A DNA stretch of 50,989 bases, from the sequence record SRR20825006_1036. The stretch is one strand, 5' to 3'. Shown piece by piece: positions 39,461 to 48,489 of the stretch. Both the position numbers and the translations under genes were made by a program. The number at the start of each line of letters is the position of its first letter. Position 1 is the stretch's first letter. Under the pieces are notes generated by a model that worked only from the letters and a program-made list of their open reading frames with translations, did not search any database and was not told the DNA's origin.

Positions 39461-40431
39461 AGGCCCTCGTCTGTAATACGGTGACGGACGATTTTTCTGG
39501 ACTGTCGGTTCAGGATGTTCCAGTGCCCGTGGTCGGGGAAGGGGAAGTGCTGGTGCGCGTAAAGGCAGCCAGCGTGAACTTCCCAGACCTGCTGATGAGT
39601 CAGGGCCGGTACCAGATGAAACCGGAGTTGCCCTTCACCCAGGGCATGGAATGCGCCGGAATCGTCGAAACCGTTGGAGAGGGCGTCTCCGCGTTTTCAC
39701 CGGGTGACCGGGTGGTCGGCGGCAACAAGACTGGAGCCTTCGCAGAATTTGCGTTGCTGCCCGCCTCCAGCCTGTCTCTTGTGCCGGACAATATGGGATT
39801 TGCGGAGGCGGCAGCCTATCCTGCAGCCTATCTGACCGCCTATGTCGCGCTCGTGCGGCGGGCCAATTTGCAGCCCGGTGAGACATTGCTCGTGCACGGC
39901 GCAAGCGGCGGCGTGGGTATGGCGGCCGTCGATGTCGGAAAGCTGCTCGGCGCAACCGTGATTGCGACGTCTGCATCGGACGCCAAATTGGACAAGGTCA
40001 TCGCGCATGGAGCAGACTATGCCATCAACGTGGCGCAAGGCTTTCGCGACAAGGTGAAAACGCTCACAAGCGGGCGCGGAGCAGATGTCATCTTCGACCC
40101 GGTTGGCGGCGATGTGTTTGACGAGAGCGTTCGCTGTATTGCATTTGATGGACGTTTGCTCGTGGTCGGGTTCACGTCCGGGCGCATACCGGAAGTCAAA
40201 GCGAACATGCCCCTGATAAAGGGGTTCTCCGTGGTCGGCGTACGGGCCGGGGAGTATGGCCGTCGCTTTCCGGAGCGCGGCAAGGAGAATATGGAAGCAA
40301 TTTGGAAATGGGCAGCAGAGGGCAAGACCCGGCCGCGTATCCATGCCGAGCTTCCATTGGAAAACTGGCGGGAAGCCTACCGCTTGCTCACTGATCGCGA
40401 GGTTGTGGGCAAAGTGGTCATCAAGCCCTGA
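39457..40431 (+). CDS. NADPH:quinone oxidoreductase family (MDR)
   Basis: VNFPDLL, HGASGGVG, DPVGG, GKVVI; ATGA overlap. Confidence 0.92.
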   Translation: MKALVCNTVTDDFSGLSVQDVPVPVVGEGEVLVRVKAASVNFPDLLMSQGRYQMKPELPFTQGMECAGIVETVGEGVSAFSPGDRVVGGNKTGAFAEFALLPASSLSLVPDNMGFAEAAAYPAAYLTAYVALVRRANLQPGETLLVHGASGGVGMAAVDVGKLLGATVIATSASDAKLDKVIAHGADYAINVAQGFRDKVKTLTSGRGADVIFDPVGGDVFDESVRCIAFDGRLLVVGFTSGRIPEVKANMPLIKGFSVVGVRAGEYGRRFPERGKENMEAIWKWAAEGKTRPRIHAELPLENWREAYRLLTDREVVGKVVIKP

Positions 40432-40458
40432 ATAGAAAATAAAAGAGGAAACGAAGAT

Positions 40459-41595
40459 ATGTCGACACTCCCTGAAAAAGGCCTGCAACTACGCTCGCTG
40501 ATCAAGCCGGAAGGCGAACTTGAACTGTCCCTGGTTGAGGTAGACCTACCAACGCCCGGACCCGGCGATGTGATCATCAAGGTCGAGGCGACCCCGATCA
40601 ATCCATCCGATCTCGGCCTGCTGATTGGTGCAGGAGATATCCGCACGGCGGTACAGAGTGGCACGGCGGATCGCCCAGTCATCACGGCAAAAGTACCCGA
40701 AGCTGGTCTGCGTGCGATGAAGGCCCGGATCGGTCAGTCACTTGGTGTTGGAAATGAAGGTGCCGGTACGGTTGTCGCCGCAGGCGAGTCCGAAGCGGCG
40801 CAAGCCTTGCTCGGCAAGCGCGTTACGGGCCTTGGTGGTGAATTCTATTCCGAATACCGCATGCTGAATGTCGGTCAGGTCATGGAATTGCCGGAAGGTG
40901 CCACGGCCGAGCAGGGTGCGTCCTGCTATGTGAATCCGCTTACGGCACTGTCTTTCGTCGAGACTATGCGCGAAATGGGTCATGAATCCCTCGTGCATAC
41001 GGCCGCTGCATCCAATCTCGGCCAGATGCTGAATAAGATCTGTATCAAGGATGGCGTGCCGCTGGTGAACATCGTCCGCAAGGAAGAGCAGGCCGAAATC
41101 CTGCGTGATATCGGCGCCAAACATATCGTCAATTCTACGTCGCCAACCTTTATGGAAGACTTGATCGCGGCGCTGATGGAAACCGGTGCGACGCTCGGCT
41201 TTGATGCGATTGGCGGCGGACCGCTCGCCGGACAATTGCTCATTGCGATGGAGGCGGCCGCCAGCCGCAAGATGAAGGAATACTCGCGTTATGGCTCCGG
41301 CCAGCAGACGCAGGTCTTTATCTATGGCCGGCTCGACATGTCACCGACCCAAGTGCCTCCGGGCGTAGGGTTTGCGTGGAACCTTAGCGGATATCTGCTG
41401 ACGCCATTCCTGCAAAAGGCCGGCAAGGAAGTCCGCGCCCGCATGTACAAGCGTGTGATGGATGAGCTGACGACCACGTTCGCCAGCCATTACACCAAGC
41501 GCATCTCGCTCGCTGAGGCGCTTAACCTTGAAACGCTGAAAGCCTATGACGCCAAGGCGACTGGCGAGAAATACCTGATCACGCCGAACCGATAA
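40459..41595 (+). CDS. MDR superfamily oxidoreductase (zinc-binding dehydrogenase/enoyl reductase-like)
   Basis: ATPINPSDL, GNEGAG, VNPLTAL, HTAAASNLG. Confidence 0.88.
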   Translation: MSTLPEKGLQLRSLIKPEGELELSLVEVDLPTPGPGDVIIKVEATPINPSDLGLLIGAGDIRTAVQSGTADRPVITAKVPEAGLRAMKARIGQSLGVGNEGAGTVVAAGESEAAQALLGKRVTGLGGEFYSEYRMLNVGQVMELPEGATAEQGASCYVNPLTALSFVETMREMGHESLVHTAAASNLGQMLNKICIKDGVPLVNIVRKEEQAEILRDIGAKHIVNSTSPTFMEDLIAALMETGATLGFDAIGGGPLAGQLLIAMEAAASRKMKEYSRYGSGQQTQVFIYGRLDMSPTQVPPGVGFAWNLSGYLLTPFLQKAGKEVRARMYKRVMDELTTTFASHYTKRISLAEALNLETLKAYDAKATGEKYLITPNR

Positions 41596-41662
41596 TATCC
41601 CAATGGTTGTATAACTCATCCCCCTTTGGTAGTTTGTAATAGTATTACCAAAGGAGGGTCGC

Positions 41663-42436
41663 ATGGGTCAAAGAGTCTGGGTAACTGTTGCGGTCGCACT
41701 GACAGTAGGATTTGGAACGGGTTTATATGCCGGGCCATACTTTGTCTCGTCATCTGAGACTGACGGCAATTCATTCGATCTGTCCTCCTTGCCTGACGAA
41801 CTCCGGCAGAAGCATCGCGATCCAGACTATTTGCTATCCGAGATCAAGAATTACGAGCTCATGACGGAAGCTTTGGCTCGTCTGGAGGCTGAGCAGTCGA
41901 GCCGCGAAAGTCTTGTTCTGCCAGAAGGGATGACATCGGTTCCACTTGGGCAGCTCTACCTGCCCGACGACGAGGTTCATTGGCCGGAAGACGTCAGCGG
42001 AGACGTGGGCGCAGCACTGGACGCTGCCAAAAATGGGTGGGTCATCCTGAACTATTGGGCGAGTTGGTGCGCGCCCTGTGTACATGAGTTACCGGAAATG
42101 GGAGAGGCAGCGCCTTTATATGCTAAGAGGGGCGTCACGCTGATTGCTGTGAATACTGACCCGACTCAGACAGATTCAAGGGACTCTATCCGCGCCCTCT
42201 TTAGTAACCGCAATGTCGATCATCTTGAGCCGCTGATTGCAGAGGGTGAGGGTCTGGAGTCACTTCTGGCTGCGAGCGGCCAATCGAAATCGAAGCTTAG
42301 TTTGCCTACAAATATTGTGTTCGCGCCGGGCGGAATTCCCTACGCCATGTTTCAGGGCGGAGATACGAAAGCAACCGAAGCTTGGACAGCACCGGAAACT
42401 TTGGAGTTCCTGGAGATTATAGTCAGGGCAGACTAG
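41663..42436 (+). CDS. TlpA-like thiol:disulfide oxidoreductase, membrane anchored
   Basis: LNYWASWCAPCVHELP; N-terminal TM; AAGGAGG RBS. Confidence 0.85.
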   Translation: MGQRVWVTVAVALTVGFGTGLYAGPYFVSSSETDGNSFDLSSLPDELRQKHRDPDYLLSEIKNYELMTEALARLEAEQSSRESLVLPEGMTSVPLGQLYLPDDEVHWPEDVSGDVGAALDAAKNGWVILNYWASWCAPCVHELPEMGEAAPLYAKRGVTLIAVNTDPTQTDSRDSIRALFSNRNVDHLEPLIAEGEGLESLLAASGQSKSKLSLPTNIVFAPGGIPYAMFQGGDTKATEAWTAPETLEFLEIIVRAD

Positions 42437-43170
42437 CCGATCCTGTCATGCGTGATGCATATGGCATGATCGGCATCTTTCAGGACGACAATGTCGGCTG
42501 TTTGCTTCAGCGGCGCGATATGGTCGCGCAAATTGGGCAGATTGATGCGGTCCCAGACGGATTTTGCAAAGTCGAGAAGTTCCGGTTCCGTCATGTGAAG
42601 AAAGTTTGCATAAAAAGAACTCGGGTCAGTCTCTGCCGCGCGCCAGAGGCGATGGAAGCGTTCCGTATACCAAGTCAGCAAGTCGTCTTCTGATGCATCG
42701 AGATACACAAGATAGTCCGGCTCCCGCGCAGGACGCGGAGGCGGCGACAATGGCTGGAAGCCAAGGCCTTCGAGGATCAGTATATCGGGCTGTGCAATGG
42801 TTCGCGTCATGCCCGGGTCGACGTCGTAGGTGACATGGCTATAGCCGGGAAAGTCGGCTGTGCCGGTTGAGAGGGCGGCGATTGCGTCACCCAATGCCTC
42901 GGCATTGTAAGTTTCTGGAAAGCCCTTGCGGAGCGTCAGGCCGCGTTCTTCCAGAATTGTGTTCGGATAGAGAAACCCGTCCGTCGACACGGTTTCCACC
43001 GTATGTGCCTCGGCTAGGACTGCAGCAACCTGGTTGGCGAGTGTCGTCTTGCCCGAGGCAACCGAGCCAGTCAGGCCAATGACGACGCCCTCATGGCGAC
43101 CCGAAACTCCGGACAGGCGTTCCCCCAATGCGGTAATGCCGAGGACATGTTCTTTAGATTGGGTCGTCAT
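42433..43170 (-). CDS. coaA: Type I pantothenate kinase
   Basis: GSVASGKTT P-loop, TDGFLYPN, RKGFPETY, LILEGL, VWDRINLPNL. Confidence 0.85.
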   Translation of the reverse strand: MTTQSKEHVLGITALGERLSGVSGRHEGVVIGLTGSVASGKTTLANQVAAVLAEAHTVETVSTDGFLYPNTILEERGLTLRKGFPETYNAEALGDAIAALSTGTADFPGYSHVTYDVDPGMTRTIAQPDILILEGLGFQPLSPPPRPAREPDYLVYLDASEDDLLTWYTERFHRLWRAAETDPSSFYANFLHMTEPELLDFAKSVWDRINLPNLRDHIAPLKQTADIVVLKDADHAICITHDRIG

Positions 43171-43246
43171 GAGGCGTGAGGCTCCGGGCGGCGATTGCGT
43201 GCCCGAAGCCTAGTGTTGCTTGCGCGACTGTCCAGCCTGAAAGGCG

Positions 43247-44149
43247 TCAAACGGTGCGCTTGGCCTTGTCTTGTGCATTGGTGGCTTCAATCGCGTCTCG
43301 GGCGGCTTGCCATTCGGCGTCGCCCCATGCGGTCAGCTGAGCGAAGTTTCCGCCGGATGCATTGTACATCGCTCCGTCGATCGCGATGGTTTGTCCATTC
43401 ACATATTCCGCGCCAGACGCCATCAGGAACACGGCCAAATTCACCAGTTCATGCATCTCGCCAACGCGGCCCATCGGATTGGCGGCGCCGGAATCCATGC
43501 GCTTGGCGCCTTCGGCATCCGGAGCCAGCCGCTTCGACATACCTTCCGTCGGGAAGGGGCCCGGCGCAATGGCGTTGAAACGGAGGCCGTAGCGCCCCCA
43601 TTCCACGGCGAGGCTCTGCGTCATCGTGTTGACGGCTGCCTTTGACATGGCCGACGGCACCACGAATGGCCCACCATTCCAGACCCAAGTCGTCAGGATT
43701 GAACAGACGCTGCCCTTTTGACCCTCCTTGATCCAGCGTTTGCCGATGTCGTGGGTCATGTAGAAAGTGCCGCGGAACACGATATTGGAAATCGCATCGA
43801 AGCCCCGAATTGAGAGATCTTCGGTCCGGCTGATGAAATTGCCCGCCGCATTATTGATGAGGCCGGTCAGCGCGCCGTGCTTGCCCCAGATATGATCATT
43901 CATGTCGGTGATGGCTTCCGCCACGCGGATGTCGCAGGCATGCGGCACGACCTTGCCGCCATGCTTGTCCATCAGCTCACCTGCGGTGTCTTCGCAGACC
44001 TGTCCACGCCGTCCGCAGATATGCACTTCCGCGCCAAGCTTCAGGAAGCCTTCGGCCATTTCCTTGCCGAGTCCCGTGCCGCCGCCTGTTACCAGAATGC
44101 GTTCCCCGGCCATCAGGCCGTCGCGAAACATAAGTTTTGTCATGTCCAT
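43247..44149 (-). CDS. SDR oxidoreductase, 2,4-dienoyl-CoA reductase-like
   Basis: TGGGTGLG, NNAAGNF, PSAMSKA, NAIAPGPFPT; GGAGG RBS. Confidence 0.9.
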   Translation of the reverse strand: MDMTKLMFRDGLMAGERILVTGGGTGLGKEMAEGFLKLGAEVHICGRRGQVCEDTAGELMDKHGGKVVPHACDIRVAEAITDMNDHIWGKHGALTGLINNAAGNFISRTEDLSIRGFDAISNIVFRGTFYMTHDIGKRWIKEGQKGSVCSILTTWVWNGGPFVVPSAMSKAAVNTMTQSLAVEWGRYGLRFNAIAPGPFPTEGMSKRLAPDAEGAKRMDSGAANPMGRVGEMHELVNLAVFLMASGAEYVNGQTIAIDGAMYNASGGNFAQLTAWGDAEWQAARDAIEATNAQDKAKRTV

Positions 44150-44210
44150 TGAATTCCTCCCGGTTTGTTTTTCTGATATGAGTATAAGTCGGTTGAGCGG
44201 GGAGGCACCC

Positions 44211-44648
44211 ATGAATCGTGCATTGGCTATCGTTGCCGTCGCGGCATTTGCTGCGGGTACAGCCCAGGCGGGGCCGCTCGACGTTTTCGGCACTTTTGTG
44301 ACGCAGGAAGAAAATTCCCACATCCGGATTTCCGATTGCGGGGACGGAACGCCTTGCGGCGTCATCGTATGGATCGATCCGGCGAGTGTGTCTGGCGACG
44401 CGACCCCCGAAACGGCGACCGATGCCAAGGGCGCAAAAATCCTTGGCCTGACTATGCTTGAAGGGTTCAAGCAAAAAGCCAAAGGCTGGACAGGCGGCAC
44501 GATATACAATCCGAAGGAAGGCAAGACCTACGGGTCCAAGATCAAATTGCTGGCCGATGGTGTACTGGAAGTGAAGGGCTGCATCGGCCCGATCTGCCAG
44601 ACGCAGCATTGGGCGCCGGTTGAATCTACTTCCGGAATGGCAGACTGA
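44211..44648 (+). CDS. DUF2147 family secreted protein
   Basis: Signal peptide; CG.IVW, WTGGTIYNPKEGKTY, GCIGPICQTQHW. Confidence 0.88.
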   Translation: MNRALAIVAVAAFAAGTAQAGPLDVFGTFVTQEENSHIRISDCGDGTPCGVIVWIDPASVSGDATPETATDAKGAKILGLTMLEGFKQKAKGWTGGTIYNPKEGKTYGSKIKLLADGVLEVKGCIGPICQTQHWAPVESTSGMAD

Positions 44649-44997
44649 CGAGTCGCCACAGGACCCATATAGGGATCACCACCGCCGCACCCGCCAGGGC
44701 TGGTTTCCAGAAATTGCGCACTGCCCAGCCAAGCGCCGCCATGGTCGTGCTTGCAACATTTGCGATGGCCGCGCCCATGTCGACGTCCGGATTGGACGGA
44801 TTGAACTGGGACGCCAGCACGAAGAAGCCGACCAGAATGCAAAGGCCGAGCAGCTTCAGCGATCCCCAGACCGAGATGCCGAACAATCGCGCGAGCAAGG
44901 AGCGTGGAGGCGCTTTGACCGGTGCGCGGGGCGGCAGAGGCTCCGGCACCGGCTCAACTGTCACTTCCGGTAGTTCTGAGTTGGGATCTGTCGACAT
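44626..44997 (-). CDS. Small membrane protein (DUF6460-like)
   Basis: Two hydrophobic segments; GAAVVIPIWVLWRL. Confidence 0.7.
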   Translation of the reverse strand: MSTDPNSELPEVTVEPVPEPLPPRAPVKAPPRSLLARLFGISVWGSLKLLGLCILVGFFVLASQFNPSNPDVDMGAAIANVASTTMAALGWAVRNFWKPALAGAAVVIPIWVLWRLVSLPFRK

Positions 44998-45015
44998 AGT
45001 ATATGGTGGGGCCTG

Positions 45016-45852
45016 TTAGTCGTTGGCCGCCTGCTTCTGGATTTCAACCTGGTGCGGATAGGGTATCGAGATGCCTTCCCGGTCAAAGGCTTCCTTGACT
45101 GCCTTCATGAGGTGGAATTTGACGTCCCAGACATCGGCCGCTTTCACCCAGCTGCGTGTGGCAATGTCGACCGAACTGTCTCCAAGATTAACAACCTTCA
45201 CGAAGGGTTCCGGATCCCGGAAGATACGGTCATCTGCTTCAATCACCTGTTTGATGATGGCGATAGCCTTGTCCATGTCGTCATCATAGTCGATGCCAAA
45301 GGTCACATCGGCGCGGCGGGTGTCGTATCCGGAATAGTTCTCGATGACGCCATCAATGGCCTGACTGTTTGGCACGAGGACTTTCACATTGTCGACTGTG
45401 GCCAGGACAGTCTGGAACAGATTGATGTCTTTAACGGTGCCGGCAACGCCAGCGGCCTCGATATAGTCGCCGAGCTTGTAGGGGCGAAACAACATGATCA
45501 TGACGCCTGACGCGATATTGCCGAGGGCGCCCTGCATGGACAGGCCAATGGCAAGGGTCAGCGCGCCGAGTACGGCGACGAAGCTGGTGGCCTGAACCCC
45601 GAAGACCTGCAGCACGGCAATCAGCACAGCAGCCGTGATGGCCCACCGGACAAGAGAGGCAAAGAAATTGCCGAGCGTATCGTCAATACCTTCGCGCTTC
45701 AGCGCTGCGCTACGAACGAGGCCCGCCAACCAGCCGGCGATGCGTAGACCGATAATCAGGACCAGCAAAGCGCCAAGTACTTTCACGCCGAATGAAATGA
45801 TGAAGGGGCTGTATTCGCTCCAGAGCGCGGCTGCAGTCAGCTCTTCAGGCAT
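45016..45852 (-). CDS. mscS: Small-conductance mechanosensitive channel
   Basis: AIGLSMQGALGNIASG, FRPYKLGD, VPNS, GISIPYP. Confidence 0.92.
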   Translation of the reverse strand: MPEELTAAALWSEYSPFIISFGVKVLGALLVLIIGLRIAGWLAGLVRSAALKREGIDDTLGNFFASLVRWAITAAVLIAVLQVFGVQATSFVAVLGALTLAIGLSMQGALGNIASGVMIMLFRPYKLGDYIEAAGVAGTVKDINLFQTVLATVDNVKVLVPNSQAIDGVIENYSGYDTRRADVTFGIDYDDDMDKAIAIIKQVIEADDRIFRDPEPFVKVVNLGDSSVDIATRSWVKAADVWDVKFHLMKAVKEAFDREGISIPYPHQVEIQKQAAND

Positions 45853-45881
45853 GGAGGTCTCCTTTTTACTGTCAGGGCAGG

Positions 45882-47024
45882 CTAGTCTTCAGTCTCTGTA
45901 ATGTCTGATTGTGACGCGTGTTCCGGTCTCGACTCAGCAGGTGGCCGGTAAGCCATGTTGACCTGATGCGGGAAGGGGATGGTGATCCCTTCGCGATCAA
46001 AGGCTTCCTTGACGGCCTTTGTGATGTCGGCGCGGACCTGAACGAATTCGGGCGTCGCCACAAAAGCGCGCAGGCGCAGCCGAACGCTCCAATCAGCAAG
46101 CGTATGCACGCCGACCCAGGTTTCATCCTTGGCCAGAATACGCGGATGCTCATTCGTCGTGTCCAGCAGGGTTTTGAGCGCATGATCCATATTGTCGTCA
46201 TAGGAAATGTCAAAGTAGAGATCGAAGCGACGACGTGTCTGGCGTGTGTGATTGACCAGCGGATCGCCCCAGACCTTGTCATTGGTGACCGAGACGATCT
46301 TGTTGTCGATTTGCTTGAACGTCGTTCGGAAGGGTGTGATGTCAGTGATTTCGCCGTCCATGCCTGCTAGGGTGACGAAATCACCAATTCGGAACGGCCT
46401 GAAAATGGCCAACATGACTCCGGCCGCAACCGCCTTCAGCGTGTCCTGAAGCGCGAGGCCAATGGCCAACGCTGCGCCGCCCAGCAGCGCCGCCAACGAT
46501 GCCGTCGGGAAGCCGAGTTGGGTCAGTGCCAATACGATCGCAACGGCGAAGATCAGATATTTCAGGAGCGAAGCGGAAAAGGCAAACAGCGTATCATCGG
46601 CCCCGTGACGCATATGAGCCTGATTGCCCATTTTCCGCATTGATCGGGCAACCCAGTTCGCGAAGGTCACCGCAATGATCAGGATCGCGACCGCAGCGAA
46701 GGCGCCTGGTCCGCGCTTGTCTATGATCGCTTCCCAGTCATAGCCCGCGAGCCCAAGGGGCAGGGGAGACATGAAAATCAAAGCGAAAACGCGAGAGACT
46801 GAACTGGCAATATCCCAACTCGACCCCTCGAATGATTTGTCCTTGGCGGTCACGCGCTTCCCAAAGGCGGTAATGATGCGTTTGACCATGCCCGAAAGAA
46901 ACCAGATCAGGATACAGGCCAGGACAACGGCGCCCCACTTCTCCATGAATGGCCAAGAACTTGCCAACCAGACAGGCCAGTCAGTGGTGTCGATATCGGG
47001 CAGGGCGATTGTCGTGAAATCCAT
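45882..47024 (-). CDS. MscS family channel with extra N-terminal TM helices
   Basis: AIGLALQDTL, FRPFRIGD, GITIPFP. Confidence 0.9.
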   Translation of the reverse strand: MDFTTIALPDIDTTDWPVWLASSWPFMEKWGAVVLACILIWFLSGMVKRIITAFGKRVTAKDKSFEGSSWDIASSVSRVFALIFMSPLPLGLAGYDWEAIIDKRGPGAFAAVAILIIAVTFANWVARSMRKMGNQAHMRHGADDTLFAFSASLLKYLIFAVAIVLALTQLGFPTASLAALLGGAALAIGLALQDTLKAVAAGVMLAIFRPFRIGDFVTLAGMDGEITDITPFRTTFKQIDNKIVSVTNDKVWGDPLVNHTRQTRRRFDLYFDISYDDNMDHALKTLLDTTNEHPRILAKDETWVGVHTLADWSVRLRLRAFVATPEFVQVRADITKAVKEAFDREGITIPFPHQVNMAYRPPAESRPEHASQSDITETED

Positions 47025-47090
47025 AAAGTGGCCGGGCTCGTTGTTTCTATGGGCAAAAGAGCGTCAGTTTGCGCCGCTTGTCCAGTTTGC

Positions 47091-47849
47091 TCAGGCGGGT
47101 ATGACTGATCCGTCGGCACCCCGAAAGAGGCGCAAGCAGAGAATGAGGGTAAGCACCCCTGCGCTGATAATGGCGAGCCAGTTCATCTCCGTCACATACC
47201 AATTGTTCAGGACGATCCCGATCATGCCCCAGCCCAGGGCAATGAAATACCACCAACTGCGGCTAACATAGCGGGCGAACATCCACGCCGAAATGCTGGC
47301 GGTCACCAGCGTGATCCAGAGCATTTGCCACGGAAAATCAGTCGCCCCGAGGCTCGAGAAGCTGCGCAGGGTCAAGGGAACAGAGATCGCGATGGCGACG
47401 GTAATCCAGCCAGACAGCATGGCGGCGGTAAGATCTGCGAGAGCTTTCTTGGGACTCCAGCCAGTTTCACGCAAACGGTCCATGCGAAATGCTGCCGTCC
47501 ATACGGCAATGGCGATTGGAAAAAGGAGCAGGAAATCCAGGGGTTGAGACGCGATCAACTGCGCACTGATCATCCAGACGATGTTGAACGCACCAGCCCA
47601 GGCAAGGGGTACCGCAATTCGCTCCATCCAGGGCTCGCGGGCACGCCAGTAGGAAATGCCGAACAGCAAATAGGCGAGGAAAATCACGCTCCAGATTGAA
47701 AAGAACGCCGGCAAGGGCTGTTCCGGAAGCGTCATGTCACGAGTGGCGTTTCCAATCGGTGTGCCAATGCCCAGTGCAGGCGCGAGCGCGCCAGACAGGG
47801 GCTGAAGCACGCCGAGAAGAATCACGATTACGGGCAAATATGTTTTCAT
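47091..47849 (-). CDS. Multi-pass membrane protein (TspO-like)
   Basis: P...FFSIWSVIF, NIVW, GWITVA motifs; start 47849 or 47858. Confidence 0.7.
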   Translation of the reverse strand: MKTYLPVIVILLGVLQPLSGALAPALGIGTPIGNATRDMTLPEQPLPAFFSIWSVIFLAYLLFGISYWRAREPWMERIAVPLAWAGAFNIVWMISAQLIASQPLDFLLLFPIAIAVWTAAFRMDRLRETGWSPKKALADLTAAMLSGWITVAIAISVPLTLRSFSSLGATDFPWQMLWITLVTASISAWMFARYVSRSWWYFIALGWGMIGIVLNNWYVTEMNWLAIISAGVLTLILCLRLFRGADGSVIPA

Positions 47850-47974
47850 GTTTTCCATATGAGCTGAATTTCAAATGGGGCAAATCCGCGGCGTGTGAAA
47901 AAAGTGGGATGCAGGCTGGCGTTTTCACGTTATACGCCCCGATCTCTGCGGAGACTCACAAGAGGAATTTGCTT

Positions 47975-48430
47975 ATGGCAAGGACACCTGCGGCCAAGAA
48001 GGCCCCTGCAAAACCGGCCGCCAAGAAGGCGACCACCACGGCCAAGACGGCCACCAAGAAGCCTGCTGCCAAGACGGCCGCTGCGAAGAAGCCAGTTGCT
48101 CGCAAGGCAGCTGCGCCGAAAGCCGCCCCAAAGGCGACGGCTGCAAAGACGCCAACCACGGTGACGATGCGCCAGCTGTCGGCAGAAATGGCTGAGGCTC
48201 ATGGTCTGACCAAGAAGCAGTCGGAAGAAATCTTCTCCGACCTGGCTGATCGGATCACCAAGCGCCTGAAGAAAGGCGAACGTTTCCGTCTGAACGGTCT
48301 CGGCACGCTGGAAGTGCGCAAGCGCCCGGCACGCATGGGCCGCAACCCGGCAACGGGTGAATCCATCAAGATCAAGGCGTCGAAGAAAGTTGCTTTCCGC
48401 GTCTCTAAGGAGCTGAAAGAGTCCGTTTAA
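47975..48430 (+). CDS. HU family DNA-binding protein with N-terminal Lys/Ala/Pro-rich tail
   Basis: C-terminal HU core GLGTLEVRKRPARMGRNPATGESIKIKASKKVAFR; GAGGA RBS. Confidence 0.93.
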   Translation: MARTPAAKKAPAKPAAKKATTTAKTATKKPAAKTAAAKKPVARKAAAPKAAPKATAAKTPTTVTMRQLSAEMAEAHGLTKKQSEEIFSDLADRITKRLKKGERFRLNGLGTLEVRKRPARMGRNPATGESIKIKASKKVAFRVSKELKESV

Positions 48431-48455
48431 GGACTTTCGGTTTCAATATGTTTCG

Positions 48456-48489
48456 AAAGGGCCGGGTGCATGTCATCCGGCCTTTTTTT
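48456..48489 (+). terminator. Intrinsic terminator after HU (possibly bidirectional)
   Basis: GGCCGGGTG-CATGT-CATCCGGCC stem followed by a T-run; A-run on the other side. Confidence 0.75.

Noticed and set aside
44150..44524. N-terminal extension of the SDR ORF to 425 aa
   Set aside because: Overlaps the DUF2147 gene antisense; the start at 44149 has a GGAGG RBS
47990..48160. Short DNA repeats (GCCAAGA..) as a tandem repeat or CRISPR array
   Set aside because: They encode the Ala/Lys-rich HU tail; no constant repeat-spacer structure
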